Position numbers and translations under genes: made by a program. This document shows positions 1-10,065 of a stretch of DNA of 64,000 bases, piece by piece. Source of the DNA: an uncultured Chloroflexia bacterium (GTDB lineage: Bacteria > Chloroflexota > Anaerolineae > CG2-30-64-16). The notes under the pieces were generated by a model. It saw only the letters and a program-made list of their open reading frames with translations. It did no database searches and was not told the DNA's origin. The stretch lies in contig CAVZDU010000002.1 in assembly GCA_963774265.1 (NCBI GenBank), positions 352,001 to 416,000 on the forward strand, read 5' to 3'. The stretch's first letter is position 1, and each line of letters opens with the position of its first letter.

Positions 1-1
1 C

Positions 2-1276
2 GCCGAGCTGGGCATGCTGGCCTCGCGCACCGACTTCCCCATCGTCAGCACCAATCTGGATGTCAGCGCGGAGCCTGCATTGGCCGGGAGCCTCGTCCCC
101 TACACCATCGTGGGGCGCGGCGGCCAAGATGTCGCGATCCTGGGTGTCACCACGACGGAACTCCCCGACATTTCCAGCCCCGGCAAGAACGTAGTGGTCG
201 ATGACCCGGTCGCGAGCGTACAGGCCACGGTGGACAAGCTGGAAGGCCAGGGCATCGACAAATTCGTTCTCCTCAGCCATCTGGGCTACGAAGTAGACAA
301 GACGTTGGCAGCGGCCGTGAGCGGCGTGGATGTTATCGTCGGCGGACACAGCCACACTTTCCTCTATAATCCGACGACAGCCCAGACGTTCACTCCACCC
401 AACCTTGCTCTCACGCCTGCCGGGGCCTACCCGACCATCATCGAAAGCGCGGCAGAGGAACCCGTCCTCGTCGTCACCGCCTTCGAGTGGGGCAAGTTCC
501 TGGGCCGGCTCAACGTCAAGTTCGATGTCGATGGCATCATCGTCGGCTATGACGGCAACCCCATCTACGTGAGCAACACGATCGCCAAAGACCCGGGCAT
601 CGAAACGATGCTGGCGCCCTACCGCGCGGACGTAAACGCGCTGATGACTCAGAAAGTCGGTGAGATCACGGTAGATGCGCCTCTCAGCGTCAGCGGCAAA
701 CGCATCTGCCGCCTGGGCGAGTGCCTGCTGGGCAACCTGGTCACTGACACCATGCTCTGGCAGGTCAATACGATGGGCGGCGGCGACTATCAGATCGCGG
801 TTACAAACGGCGGTGGCCTGCGCGCAGCGCTCCTGGCTGGCGACGTGACTTTCGGCGGCGTGATGGGCGTGCTGCCCTTCGGCAACACCATCGCCACGAT
901 GGGGCTCAAGGGCCAGGACCTGCTGGCGGCGCTGGAACACAGCGTCCGGCTATATCCGGCCGAAAACGGGGGCTTCCTGCAAGTCTCCGGCATGCGTTAC
1001 ACCTTCGATCCCGCACTGGCGGCTGGCTCGCGCATCGTCAGCGCAGAAGTTCGGAAAGGCGCGACGTGGGAAGCGATCCAACCGAACACCATCTACAAGG
1101 TCGTGACCAACAACTTCACGCGTAACGGCGGCGACGGCTACACCTGGTTCCGTGACAACTCCGTCAACCCCTACGATTTCGGCCCGATGCTGCACGATGC
1201 AGTGATCGATTTCTTCTTGACCTTCACCCCGGTAACCCCGGTCATCGAAGGTCGCATCAACGCAGTTGCACCGTAA
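2..1276 (+). CDS. 5'-nucleotidase / UDP-sugar hydrolase family protein (5' end outside window)
   Basis: Metallophosphoesterase motifs LSHLG and IVGGHSHT, followed by the 5'-nucleotidase C-domain (GNLVTD, NGGGLRA, LPFGNT, FLQVSG, GGDGY). Confidence 0.92.
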   Translation, partial: AELGMLASRTDFPIVSTNLDVSAEPALAGSLVPYTIVGRGGQDVAILGVTTTELPDISSPGKNVVVDDPVASVQATVDKLEGQGIDKFVLLSHLGYEVDKTLAAAVSGVDVIVGGHSHTFLYNPTTAQTFTPPNLALTPAGAYPTIIESAAEEPVLVVTAFEWGKFLGRLNVKFDVDGIIVGYDGNPIYVSNTIAKDPGIETMLAPYRADVNALMTQKVGEITVDAPLSVSGKRICRLGECLLGNLVTDTMLWQVNTMGGGDYQIAVTNGGGLRAALLAGDVTFGGVMGVLPFGNTIATMGLKGQDLLAALEHSVRLYPAENGGFLQVSGMRYTFDPALAAGSRIVSAEVRKGATWEAIQPNTIYKVVTNNFTRNGGDGYTWFRDNSVNPYDFGPMLHDAVIDFFLTFTPVTPVIEGRINAVAP

Positions 1277-1307
1277 CCGCTGATCGTCAGCGGTTCGCGA
1301 GTAGAGG

Positions 1308-1392
1308 AGGTGCCGGGCACTTTGAAAGTGCCCGGCACCTGCGAAGACTGCTAACGCAAAACGGGAGCCGCTGCATGCAGCGGCTCCCGTTT
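1308..1392. terminator. Two perfect hairpins between the convergent nucleotidase and tRNA-Ser (probable bidirectional terminator region)
   Basis: aggtgccgggcacttt-g-aaagtgcccggcacct (1308-1340) and aaacgggagccgctgca/tgcagcggctcccgttt (1359-1392). Confidence 0.7.
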
Positions 1393-1396
1393 CTTG

Positions 1397-1487
<91 letters not shown>

Positions 1488-1504
1488 GTGACGAACTAAC
1501 GTCT

Positions 1505-1532
1505 ATTCTACGCGCTTTGCGCGGATCGTCAA
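1505..1532 (-). promoter_or_regulatory. sigma70-type promoter of tRNA-Ser(GGA)
   Basis: TTGACG-N16-TAGAAT on the minus strand, 17 nt upstream of the tRNA 5' end. Confidence 0.65.
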
Positions 1533-1595
1533 AATAGTGGCCCAAGTGCCTCCGAACGCCCCGGGTCGCCATTGGGCACACGCCTGCGCACGGGC
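1521..1595 (+). repeat. 75-bp direct repeat, copy 1
   Basis: 68/75 identical by manual alignment to 3696-3770. Confidence 0.9.
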
Positions 1596-1777
1596 GCTCC
1601 GCCCAGACCTGTACGAGGACGCGGCCGCCTCCGCGGCGCGTGCGCTCGTGCCGCCCGGCACCACCACTGAACCGCCGGCCTGGATGGGGCCGATCATCAT
1701 GCGTTCACTGTGGCACTGTGGCGCCACGCTTGACGAAGGAGAACAGTCATGCGAGGATATTGAGGAAGTTTAGATTA

Positions 1778-1854
1778 AGTGTGGCGGTCAACAAGGTGCC
1801 AGTTGACGCCGAGGGCAACAAGACGAGAAGGTCAAGTGGTTCCGGGTCACCTGC
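1778..1854 (+). pseudogene. Probable fragment of a single-stranded DNA-binding protein (SSB) gene
   Basis: Reads SVAVNKVPVDAEGNK then, in the -1 frame, DEKVKWFRVTC. This matches the SSB pattern FSVAVN...D..G...E.T.WFRV; no start or C-terminal part is seen. Confidence 0.55.
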
Positions 1855-1970
1855 GACCGGGCCTGGAGCGAGAAGGAAGGAGGTGAGCCGACCGCCCGTC
1901 GAGCAAAACAATCTCCACTTGTAGGTTTGCGAAATCCGCCCGATCATAGAAGTTCCTGGAGGGTGAAATC

Positions 1971-3485
1971 GTGGCAGGCAAGCAACCTGAGGCAATGCAA
2001 ATCGGCGTCAGCCGGCCTGAACTGCCGCTGGACGATCTGCCGACACCTGAAGAGGTGTTCAACAAACCCAAGATAGGCATCAAGGAAGTCATCACCTCGG
2101 TGCTTGGCCCCAGCATGATCGCACTGGGTGCAGCCCTCGGTTCGGGCGAGTGGCTGCTCGGGCCGTTGGCATTTGGGAAATACGGCTTCACGGGCCTTGG
2201 CTGGCTCATCACGATCTCCGCGATCCTGCAAGTCCTCTACAACGTCGAGAACGCCCGCTACACCATAGCCACCGGTGAGGTGCCGATCGTCGGCTTCACC
2301 CGCACGCCGCCCGGCTTCAAATTCTGGGCGCTAGTAACCCTCTTCGTCATCTACATCAGCTGGATCTGGGGTGGCTGGGCGGCTGCCGCCGGGCAGAGCA
2401 TCTTCGCCATTTTCGCCGGCCGCAGCTATGACGTGAAAAATCCGACTGAGGTGGAGACCTATCGTCTCATTGCCATCGGCCTGATGTTCCTGTCTCTGCT
2501 GATCTATACGTTCGGCAAGAAGATTGCCCGCACCATGGAGCTCATTGATACGTTCCTGGTGATCTTCACCCTGACCACGATCACCGTTCTAGCCATCATC
2601 TTTGCACCTGTGAGGCTATGGGGTGAGATGCTGACGAGCATCGTGACGCCAGGGGCTTTGCCCAAAGGCATTGACGCCATCACCCTCGGTTCGATCATCG
2701 GTTACACCGGCTTTGGCGCAGGCATGAACTTCCTGCTGATCAACTACTATCGCGACCACGGCTATGGTATGGGGCACAAAGTCGGCTTCTACTCGGGCCT
2801 GATTGGCGGCAAGAAGCAGGAGGTGCTGGCATCCGGCGTGACCTTCCGCGAGAGCGAGCGGAATACGAAGGTCTGGAACCGCTGGTTCCGCTATCTGATG
2901 ATAGACCAGTGGGTCGTGTTCTTCGTCGGCGCCATGATCGGCATGTTCATCCCAAGCGTGCTGGTGCGTTTTCTCGCGAGCCTTCCTGGCGCGGGGACGC
3001 CCACCACCGCCAACATGCCCGTGTACGCCGCGACCGAACTGGGCAAGCAAGGAGCGTTCTTCTTCCCCTTCCTGTTGGTGATCGGTTCCTTGATCCTTTT
3101 CAAGACGCAGACGACGATCCTGGAGATGTTGATCCGCAACACGACAGACGCCGCCCTCGCTGTGAGCCCGAGCTTGCGCAAGCTGATCCACGGTGATCCG
3201 CGACGGGCTTACTACCTGATGGCTCTGCTGTTCATTATCATCATCGCGATCATCATCCACGTGGCGCTGCCGATCCGACTGCTGCAGATCTCCGGCAACA
3301 TGTCGAACCTGGCATCGCTGATCTACCCAATCGTGCTGATCTACCTGAACACGAAGCTGCCGAGGCCAGCCAAGGCCAGGTGGTGGTCGATTCTGGCGCT
3401 GGTGCTGAATTTCCTGTTCTTTGGTTTCTGGTTCATCAACTTTGCAGTGAATATGATCGCCGGCCATCCGCTGGTGCAGTTCTAG
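1971..3485 (+). CDS. Nramp/APC-superfamily secondary transporter, substrate unknown
   Basis: 504 aa, about 11-12 hydrophobic segments, GPSMIALGAALGSGEW and ENARYTIATGE motifs; SD ggaggg before GTG. Confidence 0.8.
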   Translation: MAGKQPEAMQIGVSRPELPLDDLPTPEEVFNKPKIGIKEVITSVLGPSMIALGAALGSGEWLLGPLAFGKYGFTGLGWLITISAILQVLYNVENARYTIATGEVPIVGFTRTPPGFKFWALVTLFVIYISWIWGGWAAAAGQSIFAIFAGRSYDVKNPTEVETYRLIAIGLMFLSLLIYTFGKKIARTMELIDTFLVIFTLTTITVLAIIFAPVRLWGEMLTSIVTPGALPKGIDAITLGSIIGYTGFGAGMNFLLINYYRDHGYGMGHKVGFYSGLIGGKKQEVLASGVTFRESERNTKVWNRWFRYLMIDQWVVFFVGAMIGMFIPSVLVRFLASLPGAGTPTTANMPVYAATELGKQGAFFFPFLLVIGSLILFKTQTTILEMLIRNTTDAALAVSPSLRKLIHGDPRRAYYLMALLFIIIIAIIIHVALPIRLLQISGNMSNLASLIYPIVLIYLNTKLPRPAKARWWSILALVLNFLFFGFWFINFAVNMIAGHPLVQF

Positions 3486-3695
3486 GCGCACGACTCCGTC
3501 CGGCCGGTAGGGGCCCGCCGGGACCCTGCCGGTTGTCTCGTAGTCGCCCGGCGCCAGGCAGGAATAGCCTGCTTCTGTACTCACAGTCTGCGAGTTTCAC
3601 CTTGCGACGGGTTTTGGAGGCACAGGGCGCCCGGAGTATGAAGGGGCGAAGTTGACCGAACTGCGACGCAGAGAGTCGGCCAGGCTATTCTGAAT

Positions 3696-3770
3696 GCGGA
3701 TCGTCAAATCACTGGCCCAGGTGCCTCCGAACGCCCTGGGTCGCCATTGGGCACGCGCCTGCGCATGGGC
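3696..3770 (+). repeat. 75-bp direct repeat, copy 2 (overlaps the coxE 3' end)
   Basis: Matches 1521-1595. Confidence 0.9.
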
Positions 3771-4954
3771 CGCGGTCCGCCGACCTGCTTCAGGATCTCT
3801 ACCAGGCGTTCGAGGCTGGTCAGGTTATGCACAGGCAAGAAATCATCCACGTAGGGCAGAACGGTCTGGATCCCCAGGACTAATGGCTTGTAGCCAGGAG
3901 CACCGATCAGCGGGTTCAACCAGATCAGGCGGCGACAACTGAGCTGCAGGCGGCAGATTTCCGAACGCAGTAAGTCCAAATCACCGCGGTCCCAGCCGTC
4001 GCTGATGATGAGCACCGTCGGTCCGTGACCCAAAACCCGACGCGCCCAGTCAAAATTAAAGGTCTTGAGTGACTCGCCGATGCGGGTTCCGCCGCCCCAG
4101 TCATTCACGGCAGCGGCAGCCTCGTGCAGCGCCTGGTCGATATCCGTCCTGTGCAGTTGGCGGGTCACCCGCGTCAGCCGGGTGCCAAATGCAAACGTCT
4201 CGACGTCCGCCAGCCCGTTAGTGATCGCGTACAGGAACTGCAACAGCACCCGCGAATAGAGTGCCATCGATCCGCTGACGTCACACAAGACCACAACCGG
4301 CCGTCGCTTGATCTTCGGCCGCTGCCACGCCAGCTCGATCATCTCCCCACCATATCGCAGCCCGGACCGCAGCGCACGACCGAGGTCGAGGCGTGTGCCG
4401 TGCGACGCCGGCCGCCTCCGGCGCGATCGCCTCAGATCGGGTCGCCAACGGATGTTGTGGATCAGATCCGTGACGCTGTGCAGCTCTTCTTCGGAGAGCC
4501 CGGCGAAATCCTTCTCGCGCAGCACTTCGAGCGCACTGTAGGACATCAGCGGGTCAGGCTCCGGCTCTTCAGACGGCTCCTCTTCGGGCGGTTCTTCAGG
4601 CGTTTCTTCGTCAGAAGACTCGTCTCGCCTCTCCTGCTGGTCCTTTGGAGGGGGCGCCTTTTCTGCTTCGCCGGCTTCGGGCATCTCCCGCTCTTCGGTG
4701 CTCCACGCGTGCCAAAACAGATCGAAGGCGCGGTCGAACACTTCGGCCTGGTCACGGCTGGTCACGAGCGTCGCCCGCGAGGCGTCTCTGAATTCGTCTT
4801 TTCGCCGCAGGTCCAGGTAGGGCAGCACCCGAACGAGGTCCACCAACTGATCCGGGCTGGCGGGGACCCCAACGCTGCGCAGCAGCCTGGCGAACAGCAC
4901 CAGATTGCGCAGGAGGTTCCCGCGTGGGCGGATGAGCGCCGATTCCAGCTCCAT
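3704..4954 (-). CDS. coxE: CoxE-like VWA domain protein
   Basis: DVSGSM MIDAS motif, FAFGTRLTRVT, WGGGTRIG, ISDGWD, WLNPL; adjacent to a MoxR ATPase. Confidence 0.9.
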   Translation of the reverse strand: MELESALIRPRGNLLRNLVLFARLLRSVGVPASPDQLVDLVRVLPYLDLRRKDEFRDASRATLVTSRDQAEVFDRAFDLFWHAWSTEEREMPEAGEAEKAPPPKDQQERRDESSDEETPEEPPEEEPSEEPEPDPLMSYSALEVLREKDFAGLSEEELHSVTDLIHNIRWRPDLRRSRRRRPASHGTRLDLGRALRSGLRYGGEMIELAWQRPKIKRRPVVVLCDVSGSMALYSRVLLQFLYAITNGLADVETFAFGTRLTRVTRQLHRTDIDQALHEAAAAVNDWGGGTRIGESLKTFNFDWARRVLGHGPTVLIISDGWDRGDLDLLRSEICRLQLSCRRLIWLNPLIGAPGYKPLVLGIQTVLPYVDDFLPVHNLTSLERLVEILKQVGGPRPMRRRVPNGDPGRSEAPGPVI

Positions 4955-4966
4955 CGGGAAGAGGCC

Positions 4967-5887
4967 CTAGCTTGCGATCTTCTTGAGGATGCGGTGTGCG
5001 ATCCCACCCCGCACCTGGCGGATGTCATCCTGGTACTTGAGGACTGCCCCAAGCGTGTCGTTGACCGTCTCCTCGTCCAGCGCGCGCTGGTCAAGCGCTA
5101 CCAGGGCGTTGAGCCAGTCGATTGTTTCGGCGACGCCAGGCCGCTTGTAGAGGTCCGTATTCCGCAAATCCTGGACGAAGGCAACCACCTGCTGCGCTAA
5201 TAGCTCGGGAGCGGCGGGCACGCGCGCATGCACGATGCGGACTTCCTTCTCCAACGATGGGTAGTCGATCCAATGGTACAGGCAGCGCCGCTTCAAGGCA
5301 TCGTGAATCTCGCGCGTCCGGTTCGACGTAATGATCACCACCGGCGGCTCTGGCGCTCGAATGGTGCCAAGCTCAGGCACAGTCACCTGGTACTCGGCGA
5401 GCAGCTCCAGCAAGAACGCCTCGAACTCCTCATCGGCGCGGTCCAATTCATCGATCAGCAGCACCGGCGCCCGGCCATCCGCCTGGTCCACCGCCTGCAG
5501 CAGCGGGCGCTTGAGTAAGAAGTCGGGCGTGAAGATATCCTTGATCCTATGGCGCTCATTCCCCTCGCAGTCGGCGCCCGCGAGCTCACCGGCCGCCTCC
5601 CAGAGCCGGATTTGCAGGATCTGTTCGGCATAGTTCCACTCGTACAACGCAGAAGATACGTCAAGGCCCTCGTAGCACTGGAGACGGATGAGCGGGCGCT
5701 GCAAGACCTCGGAGAGAACCTTTGCGATCTCCGTCTTGCCTACGCCTGCTTCGCCCTCCACAAACAGCGGCTTGTGCAGCTTGATCGACAGATGGATGGC
5801 GGTCGCCAGGCTGCGCTCAGCGATGTACAGATGGGCGGCAAGCTTCTCCTGCCAGAGCCCGACCGATGCGGGCACTTCGACGGTCAT
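4967..5887 (-). CDS. coxD: CoxD-like MoxR AAA+ ATPase
   Basis: Walker A GEAGVGKT, RLQCYEGLD, Walker B LLIDELDRAD, TSNRTREIHDALKRRC. Confidence 0.92.
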   Translation of the reverse strand: MTVEVPASVGLWQEKLAAHLYIAERSLATAIHLSIKLHKPLFVEGEAGVGKTEIAKVLSEVLQRPLIRLQCYEGLDVSSALYEWNYAEQILQIRLWEAAGELAGADCEGNERHRIKDIFTPDFLLKRPLLQAVDQADGRAPVLLIDELDRADEEFEAFLLELLAEYQVTVPELGTIRAPEPPVVIITSNRTREIHDALKRRCLYHWIDYPSLEKEVRIVHARVPAAPELLAQQVVAFVQDLRNTDLYKRPGVAETIDWLNALVALDQRALDEETVNDTLGAVLKYQDDIRQVRGGIAHRILKKIAS

Positions 5888-6709
5888 TTTGCCTCCCGAG
5901 TTGAACGACGACTTTCAGCAGAAAGAATCGCCTCCAGCACACCGCCGGCGATCGCCAGCGACTTCTCCGAGATCTCGAAGCAGTGCGAGACGGCGGCGCG
6001 CGGGTCCACGTCGCCGATCTTGGTCCCAACGGACACCACCGTCCCATCGCGCACCATGCCCCGGAGGACCCCTGCCGCGCCGGCGTAGACGTCGCACCCC
6101 CCGACCCCCGCCACCACCTGGCCCTCGGCCACCCGGTCACCGATCGCGGCCCGGCCTGTCACCACGCCGGTGATGGGTGCGCGCAATATCCGCTCCGCCG
6201 TCTTGCCGCCCACTTCGCCGGGCCGGCCGGTGTCGGGCTCCGCGGCGCCCCTGTAGATCGGCCGCCCCAGCCGGTGCCCACGATTGGTCTCGATCACCAC
6301 GTGACAATCAACGCCAGCCATGAACCCGGGACCCAACGCGATTACAAGCGGTGCGTCGTCGATCGCTGTCCCGGTATTGTGCTTGGCCATAATCGCGTCC
6401 ACGACCACCGCGGGCGCCAGCTCGGCACGGTACGCACCGTCGGGATCCACCAGAACCGGGACCACGTGCTCGGACAACGCCTGGCGCACCGCAGCGGCAT
6501 CGCTCGACGCGGCGGGCGCGGATGCCTTCCACCTGGGCTTCTCCATCGTACACCGCCTCCGCAAACGCCACTGTCCGGCGCACCACCAGGGGCTGCGGCA
6601 GCTCGGTCATCACCACAGGGAACCCGCACCTGTGCAGCCGCGCCGCGACGCCGGTGGCCAGGTCGCCTGCGCCGCGGATCAAAACGAGGGTATCGAACAC
6701 GTTATGCAT
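5884..6709 (-). CDS. yqeB: Selenium-dependent molybdenum hydroxylase system protein YqeB (frameshift near 6505)
   Basis: N-part IRGAGDLATGVA...RRTVAFAEAVY; C-part VDAIMAK, ALGPGF, ETNRGHRLG, GTKIGDVDPR, ISEKSLAIAGGVLEA. Confidence 0.88.
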
Positions 6710-6818
6710 TCCATGACTACCGATCGAAGATAACAGATTGAAGATTGAAGCCCGAACCGGCGAGCGTGCGCAAGTCGGGCCTCGATCTTCACTTCAGTCG
6801 TGCACTCCAGTCGTCGCT

Positions 6819-7127
6819 CTACGCGATGACGACCTTCTCCTCCATAAACACATGGGTGCGAGAAGAGCAGTGCGCCGCAGCGTCCGCGCCGGCCGCCTTC
6901 CCGGCGTCCGTTGCGAATCCGGCATTGCGCGCCTCCATGTTGTCGAACCACATCTCAGAGACAGCGTCCGGCGTCGCGGGGTTATCTTCCAGCACGACGT
7001 TCATCCGATAGTGCCGCATGCCCGGGATCTTCTTCCCCAACTCGACGTGCTCTTCGAGCGCCCAGGTGCGGAACTCCTCCAGGGTCATACCTTCTTTGCG
7101 CTTCAACAGCGAAAAGATCTTCAGCAT
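6819..7127 (-). CDS. EthD-family (dimeric alpha/beta barrel) protein
   Basis: MLKIFSLLKRKEGMTLEEFR..W..EH...IPG.RHY...DAVSEMWFD; SD ggagg upstream. Confidence 0.8.
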   Translation of the reverse strand: MLKIFSLLKRKEGMTLEEFRTWALEEHVELGKKIPGMRHYRMNVVLEDNPATPDAVSEMWFDNMEARNAGFATDAGKAAGADAAAHCSSRTHVFMEEKVVIA

Positions 7128-7161
7128 TCGATCCTCCGTTTGTGATGATGGGGGCGGCCCA

Positions 7162-7219
7162 GGGCGGCCACATAGGGCCGCCCCTACCGCCTCGGGCGGC
7201 CACACAGGGCCGCCCCTAC
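7162..7219 (-). repeat. Two tandem GTAG-type REP elements
   Basis: GTAGGGGCGGCCCT(G/A)TGTGGCCGCCC at 7194-7219 and 7162-7187; the TAG of one copy is the stop codon of the upstream gene. Confidence 0.8.
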
Positions 7220-8211
7220 ATTGCTTCCAACGCCCGCAGGACCACTTCGGGTGTGACGGGATGGCAGCTGATCTCGGTCCCCAGGGCGTTGTTGATGGCA
7301 TTGACGATGGCCGGGATCGGCGCGTTGGCCGTCATCTCGCCGAAGCCCTTCACGCCGTAGGGGCCGTTCGCCGAGGGGTACTCGAGCACCTTCGTCACCA
7401 TTTGGGGAATGTCGGGCGCAAGCGGCAGCACGTACTCGAAGAACCCGCCCGCGCGGTGTTCCGGGCTGGGGTAGTACGGTTCGGTGGACTCGTAGAGCGC
7501 GTGGGCCATGCCCATGACGGAACCGCCCTTGATCTGTCCATCGACCAGTTCCGGGTTCACCTGGCGGCCGATCTCGTACACGCTGTTCAGGCTCAACACC
7601 TTCACATCGCCGGTCTCGGTGTCGACCTCCACCTCGGCCACCACGCACGCGTGCGCCTCGGTCGAGTCAGGATCCATCTTGCCCGTCTCCGGGTCGACGC
7701 CCAAGTTGGGCTTGAAGAAGATGCCGCGCCCCGCGACCGTCTTACCGTACTTGAAATGCGCGTTCAGCGCAACGTTGACCAGGTGCACTTTGCGATCGGG
7801 CGAACCTTTGACGTAGATAAAGCCCGCGCCGTCGGTGTCCACATCCTCCGGGCGCGCTTCCAGGTCATCCGCAGCGACCTCCAGCAACGTCTTCCTGGCC
7901 TCCAGCGCCGCCATAATAATGGCGTTGCCGGCCCGGTGGGTCGTACGGCTGGCGAAGCTGCCCATGCAGTGGGGGCCCGTATCGGTGTCGCCGGTTTCGA
8001 TCAACACATTCTCGAACGGCACGCCGAGCGTCTCGGCGCCGATCTGCGCCAGCACCGTCTTCAGGCCCTGGCCCAGCTCAGCGCTGGCCAGGCTGATGAT
8101 GAACGTGCCCGTCGTGGTCATGTGGATCAGCGCCTGGGTGGGGTCGCCGCCCAGGTTCATGCCTGTCGGGTAGTTGACGGAAGAAATGCCGGTACCTCTC
8201 ACCTTAGCCAT
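7216..8211 (-). CDS. Mo-hydroxylase I, medium molybdopterin subunit (NdhM-like, C-terminal half of a split Mo subunit)
   Basis: ELGQG, GDTD, SFASR, VNPELVDGQIKGG, KGFGE (catalytic Glu); 331 aa. Confidence 0.88.
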   Translation of the reverse strand: MAKVRGTGISSVNYPTGMNLGGDPTQALIHMTTTGTFIISLASAELGQGLKTVLAQIGAETLGVPFENVLIETGDTDTGPHCMGSFASRTTHRAGNAIIMAALEARKTLLEVAADDLEARPEDVDTDGAGFIYVKGSPDRKVHLVNVALNAHFKYGKTVAGRGIFFKPNLGVDPETGKMDPDSTEAHACVVAEVEVDTETGDVKVLSLNSVYEIGRQVNPELVDGQIKGGSVMGMAHALYESTEPYYPSPEHRAGGFFEYVLPLAPDIPQMVTKVLEYPSANGPYGVKGFGEMTANAPIPAIVNAINNALGTEISCHPVTPEVVLRALEAM

Positions 8212-8212
8212 G

Positions 8213-9590
8213 TCAGCTTTTCTCCTTTGCGGTCACCGGCTCAGGCCGCGCCGGCGAGTAGTCGCGGTCCCACGAGCTCATCGCCTGGAAGCGTTCGCCC
8301 AGCGGATGTCCGACCAGCTCGGCAGCCGCCTGGACGACCTCCACCAGGGTGGCGTCGCCTACGACCTTCTGATACGGCCGCATGTCCCCATTGCGGTAAC
8401 CGTTGAGGATGCGAATCTCGAACGGGTCCATCCCGACCGTGCGCGCGATCTTGTCCATCTGGACTTCAGTGGAGAATGAAGCGGACGTCACGCCAAGACC
8501 GCGCATGGAGCTAGTGGGCACGCGGTTGGTATAGACGCAGTAGGCGTCAATGTAGACATTCGGGATGGTGTACGGCCCGGCGAGATTCGCCGCATGTTTG
8601 GTCGTGGAATAGGGCGTATGACGATTGTAAGCCCCCGAATCGCTGTAACTCGTCACCTTGCGAGCGAGGATGCGACCGTCTTTCGTCACGCCGTCCTTGA
8701 AGTAGATGCGATAGGGAATGCGGGTGGAGGAGACATTGAACTCCTCGCTGCGGGTGTACAGGTACTTGACGGGGCGGCCGGTCTTCATGGCCGCCAATGC
8801 GGCGATCGGCTCGACGATGACATCGTTCTTGCCGCCGAAACCGCCGCCCACCTGGCCGCCCACGAAGTGCAGCTTGTTGAACGGCACCTGCAGGATCAGC
8901 GCGGTGTTGTCCATTGAGAAGTAAAGCGCCTGGGTGTTCGTGTACACCGTGATGCGGCCGTCTGCCTCGGGCTTCGCCACGCAGCCGGTGGTCTCCAGCG
9001 GCGCGTGCTCCATCGGCTTCGGCTCGTAACAGCCTTCGACGATGTAGTCGGCCTCCGCGAAGCCCTTCTCGACGTCGCCGAAGCGGATGCGCCGGCAGTG
9101 GTGGCCCTCGTAGACGAAGTAGTTTGTGCCCCAGGGCTTGAGAATGGGCGCACCTGGCTTCAGGGCTTCTTCCACGTCAAAGACCGCCGGCAGCTCCTCG
9201 AGGTCCAGCCTGGACGCGCGCGACGGCTTCGTTGGCTGCCTCTTCCGTCTCGGCCACGATGGCGGCGATCGGCTCGCCCTTGTAGAGCACTCTGTCCTCC
9301 GCCAGCACAGATTCCTCGTCGGGGCCGACGCCGATCAGGCAGAGGATGGTGTAGATGTTCTTCGGCACATCCTTGTAGGTGAAGGCGCGCACGAAGCCGG
9401 GCACCTTCTCCGCTTCAGAGAAATCAATCCCGCGGATGCGCGCGTGATGCAGCGGGCTGCGCACCATCTTCAGGTGCAGCATGTCGGGGAAACGGATGTC
9501 GTCGATGTACTGCGTCTTGCCCGTGACGTGGCTCATGCCGTCACGGCGCAGCACCGACTGCCCCACAACCTTGAGGTCTTGCTCAGCCAT
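8213..9590 (-). CDS. Mo-hydroxylase I, large molybdopterin subunit (NdhL-like; frameshift near 9210)
   Basis: VGQSVLRRDG..HVTG..YIDD, RSPLHHARI, HAPLET, VGGGFGGK, SSMRGLG. Confidence 0.88.
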
Positions 9591-10065
9591 GGTTGCCTCC
9601 ATTGCGCGCCGGCGGCCTGCTGCACGGCGGCGATGATGGGATCGTAGCCAGTGCACCGGCACAGGTTGCCGCTCAAAGCCTCGGCGATCTCCGCGCGACT
9701 CGGCTGCGGGTTGTGATCGAGCAGCGCCTTGCTGATCATGATCATGCCGGGCGTGCAAAAGCCACACTGCACGGCGTATTTCTCATGGAACGCCTGCTGA
9801 AGCGGATGCAACCCCTCCGCGGGGTGATGCCTTCGAGGGTCAGCACGTCCTGGCCCTCCACGTCTTCCGCGGGCAGGATGCACGAGAGCATCGGCTCGCC
9901 GTTGACCAGCACGGTGCAGCTCCCGCAGTTGCCCTCGTAGCAGCCGCACTTGGTGGCATTGAAGCCCAGCCGCTCGCGCAGCGCCTTGGCCAGGGTCGTG
10001 AACGGCTTGACCATCACTTCGGTCTCCTTACCGTTCAGCGTGAAGGTGACGATTTTAGATGCCAT
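9533..10065 (-). CDS. Mo-hydroxylase I, 2x[2Fe-2S] subunit (frameshift near 9815; 3' end uncertain)
   Basis: GCYEGNCGSC...C in one frame and QCGFCTPG...GNLCRCTGY in the next. Confidence 0.88.
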
